The notes under the pieces were generated by a model. It saw only the letters and a program-made list of their open reading frames with translations, ran no database searches and was not told where the DNA came from. Of a DNA stretch of 24,000 nt, positions 8,741-16,422 are shown piece by piece. Position 1 is the first letter of the stretch. Every line of letters starts with the position of its first letter. Where the stretch lies: sequence record MT778837.1. One strand, given 5' to 3'. Both the position numbers and the translations under genes were made by a program. The stretch comes from Rhizobium phage AF3.

Positions 8741-9768
8741 AGAATAAGTCCGTTCAAGAATTCATCTCTCACTACACGAGAGCATTCGATCTCGACAAGA
8801 TCGCGATCGAGCAGCAGTACTCGATGAGATCGTATGAGACTGGTCTGTACGACATCCGTTCAGACGGCAATCTGCGGTCGATGATCAACATCTTGAGCAG
8901 CGCTGATTTCAACCACTACAACATCAATCAGATCACTATCACCGTTCCTGAAGAAGATCAGCTGAAGAATGGCGCCGAAGACTACGTCTGGCTGAAGGAC
9001 CAATTCAGCGAAGGAATTGCAGACATCCTGACTCTGATTCCGTTCAAGTACGGCGTGAACGCTCTCGAGAACCGTAAGAACAGCGTCTGCTTCTGCGGTT
9101 CTAATCCAGACGAACTTCTCATCACGTACTTCGCTATCGAATATCGTCCACACGCTGTCTTCATCTGCCCAGGATCTCCTCGTCCAGAAAATCCTCTGTA
9201 CTCGATGGACGAAGCTGGATGGTTCCACGTGCAAATCAGAGAATCAGTCGCAACGTTTTTCTTCAACGCGAATCAGGACATCTATTCGAAGTACCAACCT
9301 GGTCTGAGCGCGAAGGTCTTCGAGATCGCTGAGTTCGTCAAGATGCCGAGACTCGACTGGAACAGGCCGATGTACGAAGTGTTCGACGAAATCGATATCT
9401 ACTTCCCGTATCGTCTGACGGATGCTGACTACGGCTTCGAGGTCATCGTCAAAGAGTTTCCGACGAAGATCTTCGGTGTGACAGATCCGAACAACAGTCT
9501 CGAGAAACTTCCGTACTACGAAGAGATCAAGCACCGAGTCGTCAAGCTCGATCCTCAGAAGCACATGGACCATCTCCTCACGGTCTACGCGAACAAGAAC
9601 TCGTTCGTCTACATGCCAGCAGATCTGACGAAGACGATCCACATGGGTCCGGTCGAGATCCTTTCGATCTTTCAACAGCGTCCTCAAAAAATCTTGTTCC
9701 CTTCTCGATGGGACAAGGATAAGATCAATTCTGTTTGGAATGAAGCCAATCGCTCGAAAACGTATTGA
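8737..9768 (+). CDS. Hypothetical protein, possibly GT-B-fold glycosyltransferase-like (tentative)
   Basis: 343 aa from ATG 8737 (ATGA overlap; ORF track starts at GTG 8728). C-terminal pattern KNSFVYMPADLTKTIHMGPVEILSIFQQRPQKILFPS resembles the donor-binding region of GT-B enzymes. Confidence 0.8.
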   Translation: MKNKSVQEFISHYTRAFDLDKIAIEQQYSMRSYETGLYDIRSDGNLRSMINILSSADFNHYNINQITITVPEEDQLKNGAEDYVWLKDQFSEGIADILTLIPFKYGVNALENRKNSVCFCGSNPDELLITYFAIEYRPHAVFICPGSPRPENPLYSMDEAGWFHVQIRESVATFFFNANQDIYSKYQPGLSAKVFEIAEFVKMPRLDWNRPMYEVFDEIDIYFPYRLTDADYGFEVIVKEFPTKIFGVTDPNNSLEKLPYYEEIKHRVVKLDPQKHMDHLLTVYANKNSFVYMPADLTKTIHMGPVEILSIFQQRPQKILFPSRWDKDKINSVWNEANRSKTY

Positions 9769-9775
9769 GGAAGAA

Positions 9776-10417
9776 ATGACAAAGAAAGTAAGAGTTCTCG
9801 TCGTCGAAGGTGTTGACAGATCTGGTAAGGACACTCTCGTTCGCAAACTCGGCGAGAACGGTATTCATCAGTTCAAGCACAACGCACTCGAGACGAATCT
9901 CCATCGCGAATACTACTCGATCACTCGTTCGAACATGAAGAGCGACAATGCCGAATTCGTTTCAAGACTCACGAAATCGATGGCAATTGTCGAGTTCATG
10001 CAGCTTCTCGCTTTCATCAAGAGATATCACTTCGAACACAATATCGACATGTTCTCTGTCGCTCGTCTGTTTCCTTCGACTGTAGTCTATGACGCAGTTC
10101 GCGGAATCAAACCGGATTTCTCTCTGAAGTCCGATCTCTTGAGGATCAAGCTTCGGTTCGAGCAAGAGAACGATATCGAAATCGACATGCGTCTCTTGAC
10201 ACTGTTCGTGAACGCAGCGGTGATGATCGAACGTGGATCTACAACAGACTCGTTCGAGATCAAGAACTATCATCGGATCGAACACGAATTCGAAGAGTAC
10301 ACGATGAACGAGATCAGCTATCCTATCATGTTCAACAAGTCGAAGATGCTGAACGTCACTACACTCAGCATGGACGAAATCGTCACACTCGCCGAAAATT
10401 TCTTGTTTCAATCCTAG
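9776..10417 (+). CDS. P-loop (deoxy)nucleotide kinase-like protein
   Basis: 213 aa from ATG 9776; VRVLVVEGVDRSGKDTLVRKL is a thymidylate kinase-type P-loop. Confidence 0.75.
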   Translation: MTKKVRVLVVEGVDRSGKDTLVRKLGENGIHQFKHNALETNLHREYYSITRSNMKSDNAEFVSRLTKSMAIVEFMQLLAFIKRYHFEHNIDMFSVARLFPSTVVYDAVRGIKPDFSLKSDLLRIKLRFEQENDIEIDMRLLTLFVNAAVMIERGSTTDSFEIKNYHRIEHEFEEYTMNEISYPIMFNKSKMLNVTTLSMDEIVTLAENFLFQS

Positions 10418-10429
10418 AACGTTTGATAT
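10418..10429 (+). promoter_or_regulatory. AACGTTTGATAT element upstream of the topoisomerase gene
   Basis: Identical 12-mer to 1969-1980; followed by AACGGAGG RBS and ATG 10459. Confidence 0.45.
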
Positions 10430-10458
10430 AAGATCAGAATCATAACAACGGAGGTCTT

Positions 10459-12405
10459 ATGTCTGACGAAACTGAATTCAAGATCCTGAATGACTACCAG
10501 CATGCTCGCATGCGAACTGAGATGTATCTCGGTAGTCGCGTCCCAACCGAAATCCTCTTTCCTATCTACGATGAACTCACTGACAACTTCTCGATGAAGA
10601 AGATCACGTTCGTTCCTGCGCTTCTCACTTCAGTTCGTGAAGCTATCGACAACCATCTCGACGAAATGTCGTTTGTCGGCAAAGGAAAGATCCGAGTCGA
10701 TTTCGACGAAAACACATGCACATTGACGACTCGAGACAACGGTCGAGGCATTCCACTCGACTTCATCGAAGAGGAAGGAGCACGAATTGCTACAATTGCG
10801 GTATCTCGTACGAAAGCTGGCAGAAACTTTGGTGAACGTGGCGAGCAAGCTGGTACCAATGGACTCGGCATTTCTGTGGTCAATTACTGCTCCGAGTTCT
10901 TCACTCTCGAGGTGGAACGAGACGGAACAATCTTTCGACAGAAATTCACGGAGAGTGAAGAGTCGCTTGTCATCCACGAACCCACGATCCTTCAGACAAA
11001 GGATAAGGAGCACGGCACGGCGGTAAGCTTCAAGCTTTCCTCGAAGGTCTTCGATCAGCTCGTTCTTCCGAACGATGTCGTGAAGTCTCTCGTCCATCTG
11101 ATCGCGAAGACCAATCCTCACATCGAATTCTCATACAACGGAACGAAGATCCGTACGTCCAACGACATCAAGAAGAACCTGTTTCCTGGTGACAAGAATG
11201 TCATCGAGTTCAAGTTCAGCGAAGATGGCAAGGCACGCGGATCCTACTTCGTCCGGATGACAGAAGACGACACCTCGTTCTTCTCTCTCGTCAATAACGT
11301 TCCTGCCTACAACGGTGGCACACACGATGACGAGATCAAGTATCACTTTCCTCGACAGCTTCTCGAAGCACTGACGAAGGAGTCGAAGAAGCGAAAGCTC
11401 TCTCCGAACAAGAACGACGTCCTCGACAACCTGATGTTCTTCGGCTCGATGAAAGTCGTAGCACCGAACTTCGACTCTCAGTCCAAGACGCGACTGACCA
11501 ACAAGGAAGTTCGTGGTCCAATCTGGATCAGTCTTACGAAAGAGACCGACTGGCAGAAATTCATTAAGGAGAACAACGAACTCATCGAAGCGATTTATGC
11601 TCGATGTGCAGCTCGTACCCATCAGGACGACAAGTCCAAGACTGATAACGATGAGAAGCGTCTGAAGAAGCTGAAGATCCCGAAGCTACTCGACTGCAAC
11701 AATCGCGATCGGAAGAAATGCGTCCTCTTCATCACGGAAGGTGACTCGGCGAAAGGCGGATTGGTCGACGCTCGAAATCCAGACATCCACGCGGTCATGC
11801 CTCTCCGTGGTAAGATCCTCAACGTCTACCACAAGAAGCCTGCTGAAGCAACAGCATCGAAGATCATCGAAGAACTCTGCGCTGCCATCGGACTCGTTCC
11901 TGGTAAGAAAGTGAACTACGAAACTCTTCGATACGGCAAGATCTTCATCATGGCCGACGCAGATAACGATGGTCAAGGATCGATCTGCCCTCTCGTGATT
12001 TCGCTCTTCTACAGGTTCTGGCCAGAACTGTTCGTCGGAAAAGACGCATTCGTCAACATCTTCTCGACACCTCTGATCATCGCTGAGAACAAGAAAGAGA
12101 GACGATACTTCTATCCGCACAACATCGAGGAGTTCGACTACAACAAGTTCAAAGGATGGAGCATCCGTCGAGCCAAAGGTCTCGGATCACTTCAGAAAGA
12201 GAACTTCGTCGATCATCTGCAGAACCCAGTAGCGATGCCGCTCAGTGACGAACCAGATCTTCCTCACGTCCTCGATCTTCTGTTCAACGGTGCACGAGCC
12301 GACGATCGAAAGCTCTGCATGGCAATGACTGTCGACGAGAACATGCAGAAGATCAAGGAATTCGGATCGAACTGGAACCCTAAGATCAACGACCTCGACG
12401 TCTAG
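10459..12405 (+). CDS. 39: DNA topoisomerase II large subunit (unsplit gp39+gp60-type; ATPase plus TOPRIM)
   Basis: 648 aa; GHKL ATPase motifs (EAIDNHLDE, TTRDNGRGIPLD, GEQAGTNGLGISVVN) and TOPRIM motifs (LFITEGDSAKGGLVDAR, PLRGKILNV, IFIMADADNDGQGS). Confidence 0.95.
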   Translation: MSDETEFKILNDYQHARMRTEMYLGSRVPTEILFPIYDELTDNFSMKKITFVPALLTSVREAIDNHLDEMSFVGKGKIRVDFDENTCTLTTRDNGRGIPLDFIEEEGARIATIAVSRTKAGRNFGERGEQAGTNGLGISVVNYCSEFFTLEVERDGTIFRQKFTESEESLVIHEPTILQTKDKEHGTAVSFKLSSKVFDQLVLPNDVVKSLVHLIAKTNPHIEFSYNGTKIRTSNDIKKNLFPGDKNVIEFKFSEDGKARGSYFVRMTEDDTSFFSLVNNVPAYNGGTHDDEIKYHFPRQLLEALTKESKKRKLSPNKNDVLDNLMFFGSMKVVAPNFDSQSKTRLTNKEVRGPIWISLTKETDWQKFIKENNELIEAIYARCAARTHQDDKSKTDNDEKRLKKLKIPKLLDCNNRDRKKCVLFITEGDSAKGGLVDARNPDIHAVMPLRGKILNVYHKKPAEATASKIIEELCAAIGLVPGKKVNYETLRYGKIFIMADADNDGQGSICPLVISLFYRFWPELFVGKDAFVNIFSTPLIIAENKKERRYFYPHNIEEFDYNKFKGWSIRRAKGLGSLQKENFVDHLQNPVAMPLSDEPDLPHVLDLLFNGARADDRKLCMAMTVDENMQKIKEFGSNWNPKINDLDV

Positions 12406-12414
12406 GAGACGACA

Positions 12415-12726
12415 ATGGATACGACGCCTATCGAAACGACTTATCTGATCGAAGTCTGCAGAATTCCAGAAGTGAACTTCGAAGAGGTCGACGAGAAGAT
12501 CGAAGAAGCAGCTCGTCTTCTCTTGCCTGAATGGACAGTGGAGAAGAAGAATGGAGTGAGACATCGCTACGTCAAGTTTCATACGACAGGATCAATGAAC
12601 TCAGATCGATACTTCAGTCTCGTCGACGAACTCAACAAGATCGTGGAGCTCAAGACTGGTCAGACTGGAGTCTCTCTGAACATCTACAATGACGGATTTC
12701 ATTCTGGAACGTGGGATTACATCTGA
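12415..12726 (+). CDS. Hypothetical protein
   Basis: 103 aa, RBS TAGGAG then ATG 12415. Confidence 0.8.
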   Translation: MDTTPIETTYLIEVCRIPEVNFEEVDEKIEEAARLLLPEWTVEKKNGVRHRYVKFHTTGSMNSDRYFSLVDELNKIVELKTGQTGVSLNIYNDGFHSGTWDYI

Positions 12727-12744
12727 TCCACAGAAACTACTTCA

Positions 12745-12774
12745 GTCTCGGATTATAGATTATTAATCCAAGAC
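12745..12774. repeat. Imperfect 11-bp inverted repeat GTCTCGGATTA / TAATCCAAGAC around TAGATTAT
   Basis: Arms 12745-12755 and 12764-12774 with one mismatch, in the intergenic region. Confidence 0.75.
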
Positions 12775-12821
12775 GACGAAATCACCCACCCTCCACGTGT
12801 GAACCAACGAAAGACAAGAAA

Positions 12822-13343
12822 TTGATAACCAGTCCTTTAAATGGTGGTACACCGAAAACTCTCGAAGAGGAAGTTGCTTCTGTCGAGTTAATGATCTCTG
12901 ATCTGCAATATCGTCTCAAAGGACTCAAGCAGCGTCAGTGGGACGTGTTCATGCTGAAGATGCTCAACGCCTTCGACGCGAAGGATCTCGACGTCCTCTT
13001 GAGTCATCCTATCGGAAAGACGTTCCTCGAGAAGATCTATCCGTCGATGGAGATCGGCTTCAAGTGGATCGATGATCGCTTCGTGATCTGGCTCAAGCCG
13101 ACTCAGGTCGATTTGATGCGAGAAGAGTTCAAAGAGATAACGTTCGAAGACATCTCCACTCTGATGAAGCACGTCTCGATGTTCAGAGCAGCGATCGGCA
13201 CTTCGTCAGTCTCTTTCGCCAAGCTTGGAAGCGGATCGTTTGTCAACGATGCGACAGGAGAACGAATCGGAGCACAAGGCATTCTTCATGCCGTCCAGGA
13301 CATGTACAACAGATTTCCGTACAAGCGATTTCACCGGCCGTAA
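12822..13343 (+). CDS. Hypothetical protein
   Basis: 173 aa ORF with TTG start; start is uncertain. Confidence 0.7.
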   Translation: MITSPLNGGTPKTLEEEVASVELMISDLQYRLKGLKQRQWDVFMLKMLNAFDAKDLDVLLSHPIGKTFLEKIYPSMEIGFKWIDDRFVIWLKPTQVDLMREEFKEITFEDISTLMKHVSMFRAAIGTSSVSFAKLGSGSFVNDATGERIGAQGILHAVQDMYNRFPYKRFHRP

Positions 13344-13359
13344 CTTTCCTGTTTACGTT

Positions 13360-13403
13360 TCCGTGGTTTTGAATTAGATTGATTCCATAAACAAAACCAC
13401 GGA
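13360..13403. repeat. Perfect 12-bp inverted repeat TCCGTGGTTTTG / CAAAACCACGGA, 20-nt loop
   Basis: Arms 13360-13371 and 13392-13403; arm 2 overlaps the RBS (GGAG 13401-13404) of the 13413 gene. Confidence 0.9.
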
Positions 13404-13412
13404 GACTTCGAA

Positions 13413-13628
13413 ATGTCTGGTTCTAGAGGTTCTGCTCGTAAAGATCGGGTCAAGATCCGAGTTCGTGTTTGGACTGATCTGAAGAAGAACAGTCACTGGA
13501 CTCACATCTTCCTTCCGAAGATCCACAACAGCGACATGATCCACGAGAAGCTGACGAAGAAATTCGGATCTGTCGCCTGGTACGATCCGGCTCCTTCGAG
13601 AGCTAAGTATCGTTTCGTCAAACTGTAG
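13413..13628 (+). CDS. Small basic hypothetical protein
   Basis: 71 aa, ACGGAG RBS, ATG 13413. Confidence 0.75.
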   Translation: MSGSRGSARKDRVKIRVRVWTDLKKNSHWTHIFLPKIHNSDMIHEKLTKKFGSVAWYDPAPSRAKYRFVKL

Positions 13629-13639
13629 GAGAGACTACA

Positions 13640-14173
13640 TTGGTTGATATCGTACTCGGCGAAAACATCTTTCTCGAAGCGTCTACCAAGGATGCTCCGA
13701 AGATTGCGAAGATGATGATAGGTCACGGAAATTGCAGAGGTTTCTTTGACAAGGAGAAGATCCACATCTTCGACTCTTACGGATTCACCCACACGAGCTT
13801 CTCGTCTCGTCTCAAGATCAACACCAGCGAAATGCATTCGATCATTCTCTGGGACGTCGGATTGATCTACCTCGCTGATCAATTCGGAACAGAGAAATTC
13901 AAACTCGACGATCTCGCTGAAGCTCCAGTTGCTCGTGTCATTCGAAAGATCTACGACGCAGCTAAAGTTCTCGAGACGCCATTTACTTCACGGAGGCAAT
14001 ATGACTGCGCGTATCGACAAGTATGCATGTGTTGGACCTGGTGGCATGAACTGCCCTTGCTGCTTTCCTGCTCCTGGTACCAAGTCTCGTCGTCTCGCAA
14101 TCCGTACTGCGAAGCGCAAGGAGAAGTTCGAAGCTATCCGCGTCGAAAAGCAGAACATGGAAGAAGACGATGA
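13640..14173 (+). CDS. Hypothetical protein; C-terminal ~57 residues probably an out-of-frame artefact
   Basis: TTG start with GGAG RBS. Overlaps the better-supported 14001-14177 ORF by 173 nt in another frame. Confidence 0.6.
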   Translation: MVDIVLGENIFLEASTKDAPKIAKMMIGHGNCRGFFDKEKIHIFDSYGFTHTSFSSRLKINTSEMHSIILWDVGLIYLADQFGTEKFKLDDLAEAPVARVIRKIYDAAKVLETPFTSRRQYDCAYRQVCMCWTWWHELPLLLSCSWYQVSSSRNPYCEAQGEVRSYPRRKAEHGRRR

Positions 14174-14177
14174 CTGA
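14001..14177 (+). CDS. Small Cys-containing protein (MTARIDKYACVGPGGMNCPCCFPAPGTKSRRLAIRTAKRKEKFEAIRVEKQNMEEDDD)
   Basis: 58 aa from ATG 14001 with RBS GGAGG; C-x8-C-x-CC cluster; ends overlapping the ATG of the 14170 gene. Confidence 0.75.
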   Translation: MTARIDKYACVGPGGMNCPCCFPAPGTKSRRLAIRTAKRKEKFEAIRVEKQNMEEDDD

Positions 14178-14412
14178 ACTCACGAAAGAGCAGCGCGGTG
14201 AGTTGCACAAACTGATCAAGGCTGCTACTCGAGCATCGAACGACTACGTTCGAGCCACGATGAACCTCGACGTGTTCTGTTCTGAAGTCTTCGGCTTTGC
14301 ACCAGCAGACATCGACGCTGACGAAATCATCGACTCGTGCTATGGAGCAGCCGGGCAGACGGACGGAATCTCAGTCAACGAGTTTATCAAAGCGATGAAA
14401 AGTAAACTTTGA
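14170..14412 (+). CDS. Hypothetical protein
   Basis: 80 aa ORF, ATG, coupled to the upstream gene. Confidence 0.75.
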   Translation: MTELTKEQRGELHKLIKAATRASNDYVRATMNLDVFCSEVFGFAPADIDADEIIDSCYGAAGQTDGISVNEFIKAMKSKL

Positions 14413-14418
14413 GTTTAC
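14402..14418. repeat. 7-bp hairpin GTAAACT-ttg-AGTTTAC over the stop codon
   Basis: Perfect short dyad; no U-tract. Confidence 0.6.
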
Positions 14419-14470
14419 ATTCGTTGAGAAATGTAATACAGTACGACTATAACGAATTCACGGAGACAGC

Positions 14471-15829
14471 ATGAAATCAGAATCAGCATCAGAATTCCTT
14501 CTCGCTCACGCTCGAGATTACATTCTCGAGACGGCACTCGAACGTGCTATTCCGCGAGTGACTGACGGGTTCAAGGACTCACAGCGTATCGCAGCATGGG
14601 TGGTCCACAAGCGTCCAGAAGGTGCAGTCAAGGTTGCAGCACTCTCTGGTGAAATGATCGCTTCGAACTTGTACGTCCACGGTGATGCACAAGCGACCAT
14701 CCAGAAGATGACCGGACGATACGTCAACAACAATCCGATCTTCGACGGCGTCGGCAACTTCGGCACACTGACATATCCAGGCGCATTCGGTGCTGGACGA
14801 TATGTCTACGTGAAGCGATCAGAGTTCATGAAGAAAGTCCTCCTCGCTGACTCGAACCTCTACAAGATGGTTCCGTCTGTCGATGGTGACAACGAGATGT
14901 GCGACACGTTCTTGCCTCTCATTCCGCTCGTCCTTCTCAATGGACAGAACGGCATGGCCACTGGCTGGTCGACCAACATTCTTCCGCACAAGTATGAAGA
15001 CCTCCGAGACGCGGTCATCCGAGTGCTCGAAGGAAAACCGGTCGGCAAGATCAATCCGTACTTCACTCCGTATCCTGATCTGAAGATCGTCGAGGTCGAG
15101 AACGGACGAGACAACGCTTCTGCGTACAACTTCTTCGGACGAGTCGAGAAGGTCAACACGAACTACGTGAAGATCAAGACGCTTCCTCCTGGTATGAGCA
15201 TCGATGACATCCAGGAGCACCTCGACAATCTGATCGACGAGAAGAAGATCTACGAATACACGAACAACACGTCCGATACCATCGACATCGTCGTCAAGTT
15301 CAATCGACAAGCACTCGCTGAGCTCACTGAAGACAAGATCATCGAACTCTTCAAGCTTCGCACACGAGACACCGAGCGACTGGTCTGCTGCGACTTCGAC
15401 GGAACGAAGATCCGTGTGTTCGACAACGTCGATCAGCTGATCACAGAGTGGGTAGCATGGCGCTTCCCGTACATCGTCCAACGCTTCAAGACGATGGTCG
15501 ACGAGACCTCCGAAGAGCTGAACTACTGCTACGCTCTTCGTCATCTCCATCAGTCACAGTTCGTGAAACTCATCCCGGGCTTCAAGAGCAAGGACGAGAT
15601 GCGAAAGCAGATCCAGAAAGAAGTCCAGGAAAAGTACGATCTCAGACCATCCCGCATCGAAAGAATTCTCGACCTCGCTGCATACCGGTGGACAGTAGAG
15701 TATCGCGACTCGAACGAACTCGAGATCGACAAGCTCGAGAAAGAGCTCTTCCGTCTGAAAACCATCTATTCGCAAGAGTCGAACATGAAGCGCGAGTGGA
15801 TCAACGACCTCAAGAAGATCAAGCTCTAG
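14471..15829 (+). CDS. 52: DNA topoisomerase II medium subunit, gp52-like
   Basis: 452 aa; ERAIPRVTDGFKDSQRIAAW, HGDAQATIQKMTGRYVNNNPIFDGVGNFGT, GAGRYVYVK (catalytic Tyr context), NGQNGMATGWSTNILPH. Confidence 0.95.
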   Translation: MKSESASEFLLAHARDYILETALERAIPRVTDGFKDSQRIAAWVVHKRPEGAVKVAALSGEMIASNLYVHGDAQATIQKMTGRYVNNNPIFDGVGNFGTLTYPGAFGAGRYVYVKRSEFMKKVLLADSNLYKMVPSVDGDNEMCDTFLPLIPLVLLNGQNGMATGWSTNILPHKYEDLRDAVIRVLEGKPVGKINPYFTPYPDLKIVEVENGRDNASAYNFFGRVEKVNTNYVKIKTLPPGMSIDDIQEHLDNLIDEKKIYEYTNNTSDTIDIVVKFNRQALAELTEDKIIELFKLRTRDTERLVCCDFDGTKIRVFDNVDQLITEWVAWRFPYIVQRFKTMVDETSEELNYCYALRHLHQSQFVKLIPGFKSKDEMRKQIQKEVQEKYDLRPSRIERILDLAAYRWTVEYRDSNELEIDKLEKELFRLKTIYSQESNMKREWINDLKKIKL

Positions 15830-15839
15830 GAGAAAACCG

Positions 15840-16088
15840 TTGGAAACACTCGCTCGAATAATCAGAAACGAACTGCACAATTTCAGGCACAGAATACGTG
15901 TCAAACCTCCTGAAACAAGATACTCAGCTCTCGGAGAATCGAACAGAGCGATCGCGACACAAGCTTACGAATACATGATAGTTACGCTCGGAAAGGACTA
16001 CGCAGATATTCTGTGCGAGAGCATCATGGAGTTTTGGCAGATCAAACAGCTCGAAGAAAAAGTTGCTCAGCTGGACCGCGCTAAGTAA
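15840..16088 (+). CDS. Hypothetical protein
   Basis: 82 aa, TTG start after AGGAG. Confidence 0.65.
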   Translation: METLARIIRNELHNFRHRIRVKPPETRYSALGESNRAIATQAYEYMIVTLGKDYADILCESIMEFWQIKQLEEKVAQLDRAK

Positions 16089-16111
16089 CTTTCCTGTTTC
16101 CTTTCCTGATT

Positions 16112-16126
16112 CGTTGTGATACTCTA
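16112..16126 (+). promoter_or_regulatory. CGTTGTGATACTCTA element, copy 1
   Basis: Exact 15-mer shared with 16376-16390; upstream of the 16159 gene. Confidence 0.5.
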
Positions 16127-16158
16127 ATATCAGAGAATTTGAACAACGGAGAATTGAA

Positions 16159-16350
16159 ATGAAAGCCCTCTATGTAGCAGCAATCGGTATTCTGATCGGT
16201 GTCTCGGCCATCTACGGAAAAGACATCACTCTCCTCGAGAAGATCCTCACTGTTTACGCAGCCGGAGCGATCACACCGTTCATCTGGTTCACGTATCACT
16301 TCTTCACTGATCAAGACGTCCGATACGTAGAATACAGGACAAACTTCTAG
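16159..16350 (+). CDS. Small membrane protein
   Basis: 63 aa with two hydrophobic stretches (ALYVAAIGILIGVSAIYG; ILTVYAAGAITPFIWFTYHFF); ACGGAG RBS. Confidence 0.75.
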   Translation: MKALYVAAIGILIGVSAIYGKDITLLEKILTVYAAGAITPFIWFTYHFFTDQDVRYVEYRTNF

Positions 16351-16361
16351 ATTTGTCAGTT

Positions 16362-16419
16362 TCTCTCCGCTTAAACGTTGTGATACTCTAGAATCATCCA
16401 AGAGATCATAGCGGAGAGA
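16362..16419. repeat. Perfect 10-bp inverted repeat TCTCTCCGCT / AGCGGAGAGA, 38-nt loop
   Basis: Arms 16362-16371 and 16410-16419; arm 2 contains the RBS of the 16423 gene and the loop contains the CGTTGTGATACTCTA element. Confidence 0.85.
16376..16390 (+). promoter_or_regulatory. CGTTGTGATACTCTA element, copy 2
   Basis: Exact 15-mer shared with 16112-16126. Confidence 0.5.
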
Positions 16420-16422
16420 CCG

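Noticed and set aside
8487-8747. Alternative-frame ORF inside the TS-family gene
   Set aside because: Ser/Thr-rich out-of-frame translation with no independent start signals.
14819-15550. Antisense ORF 243 aa opposite gp52
   Set aside because: Same codon-bias artefact; the sense strand has a clear topoisomerase subunit.
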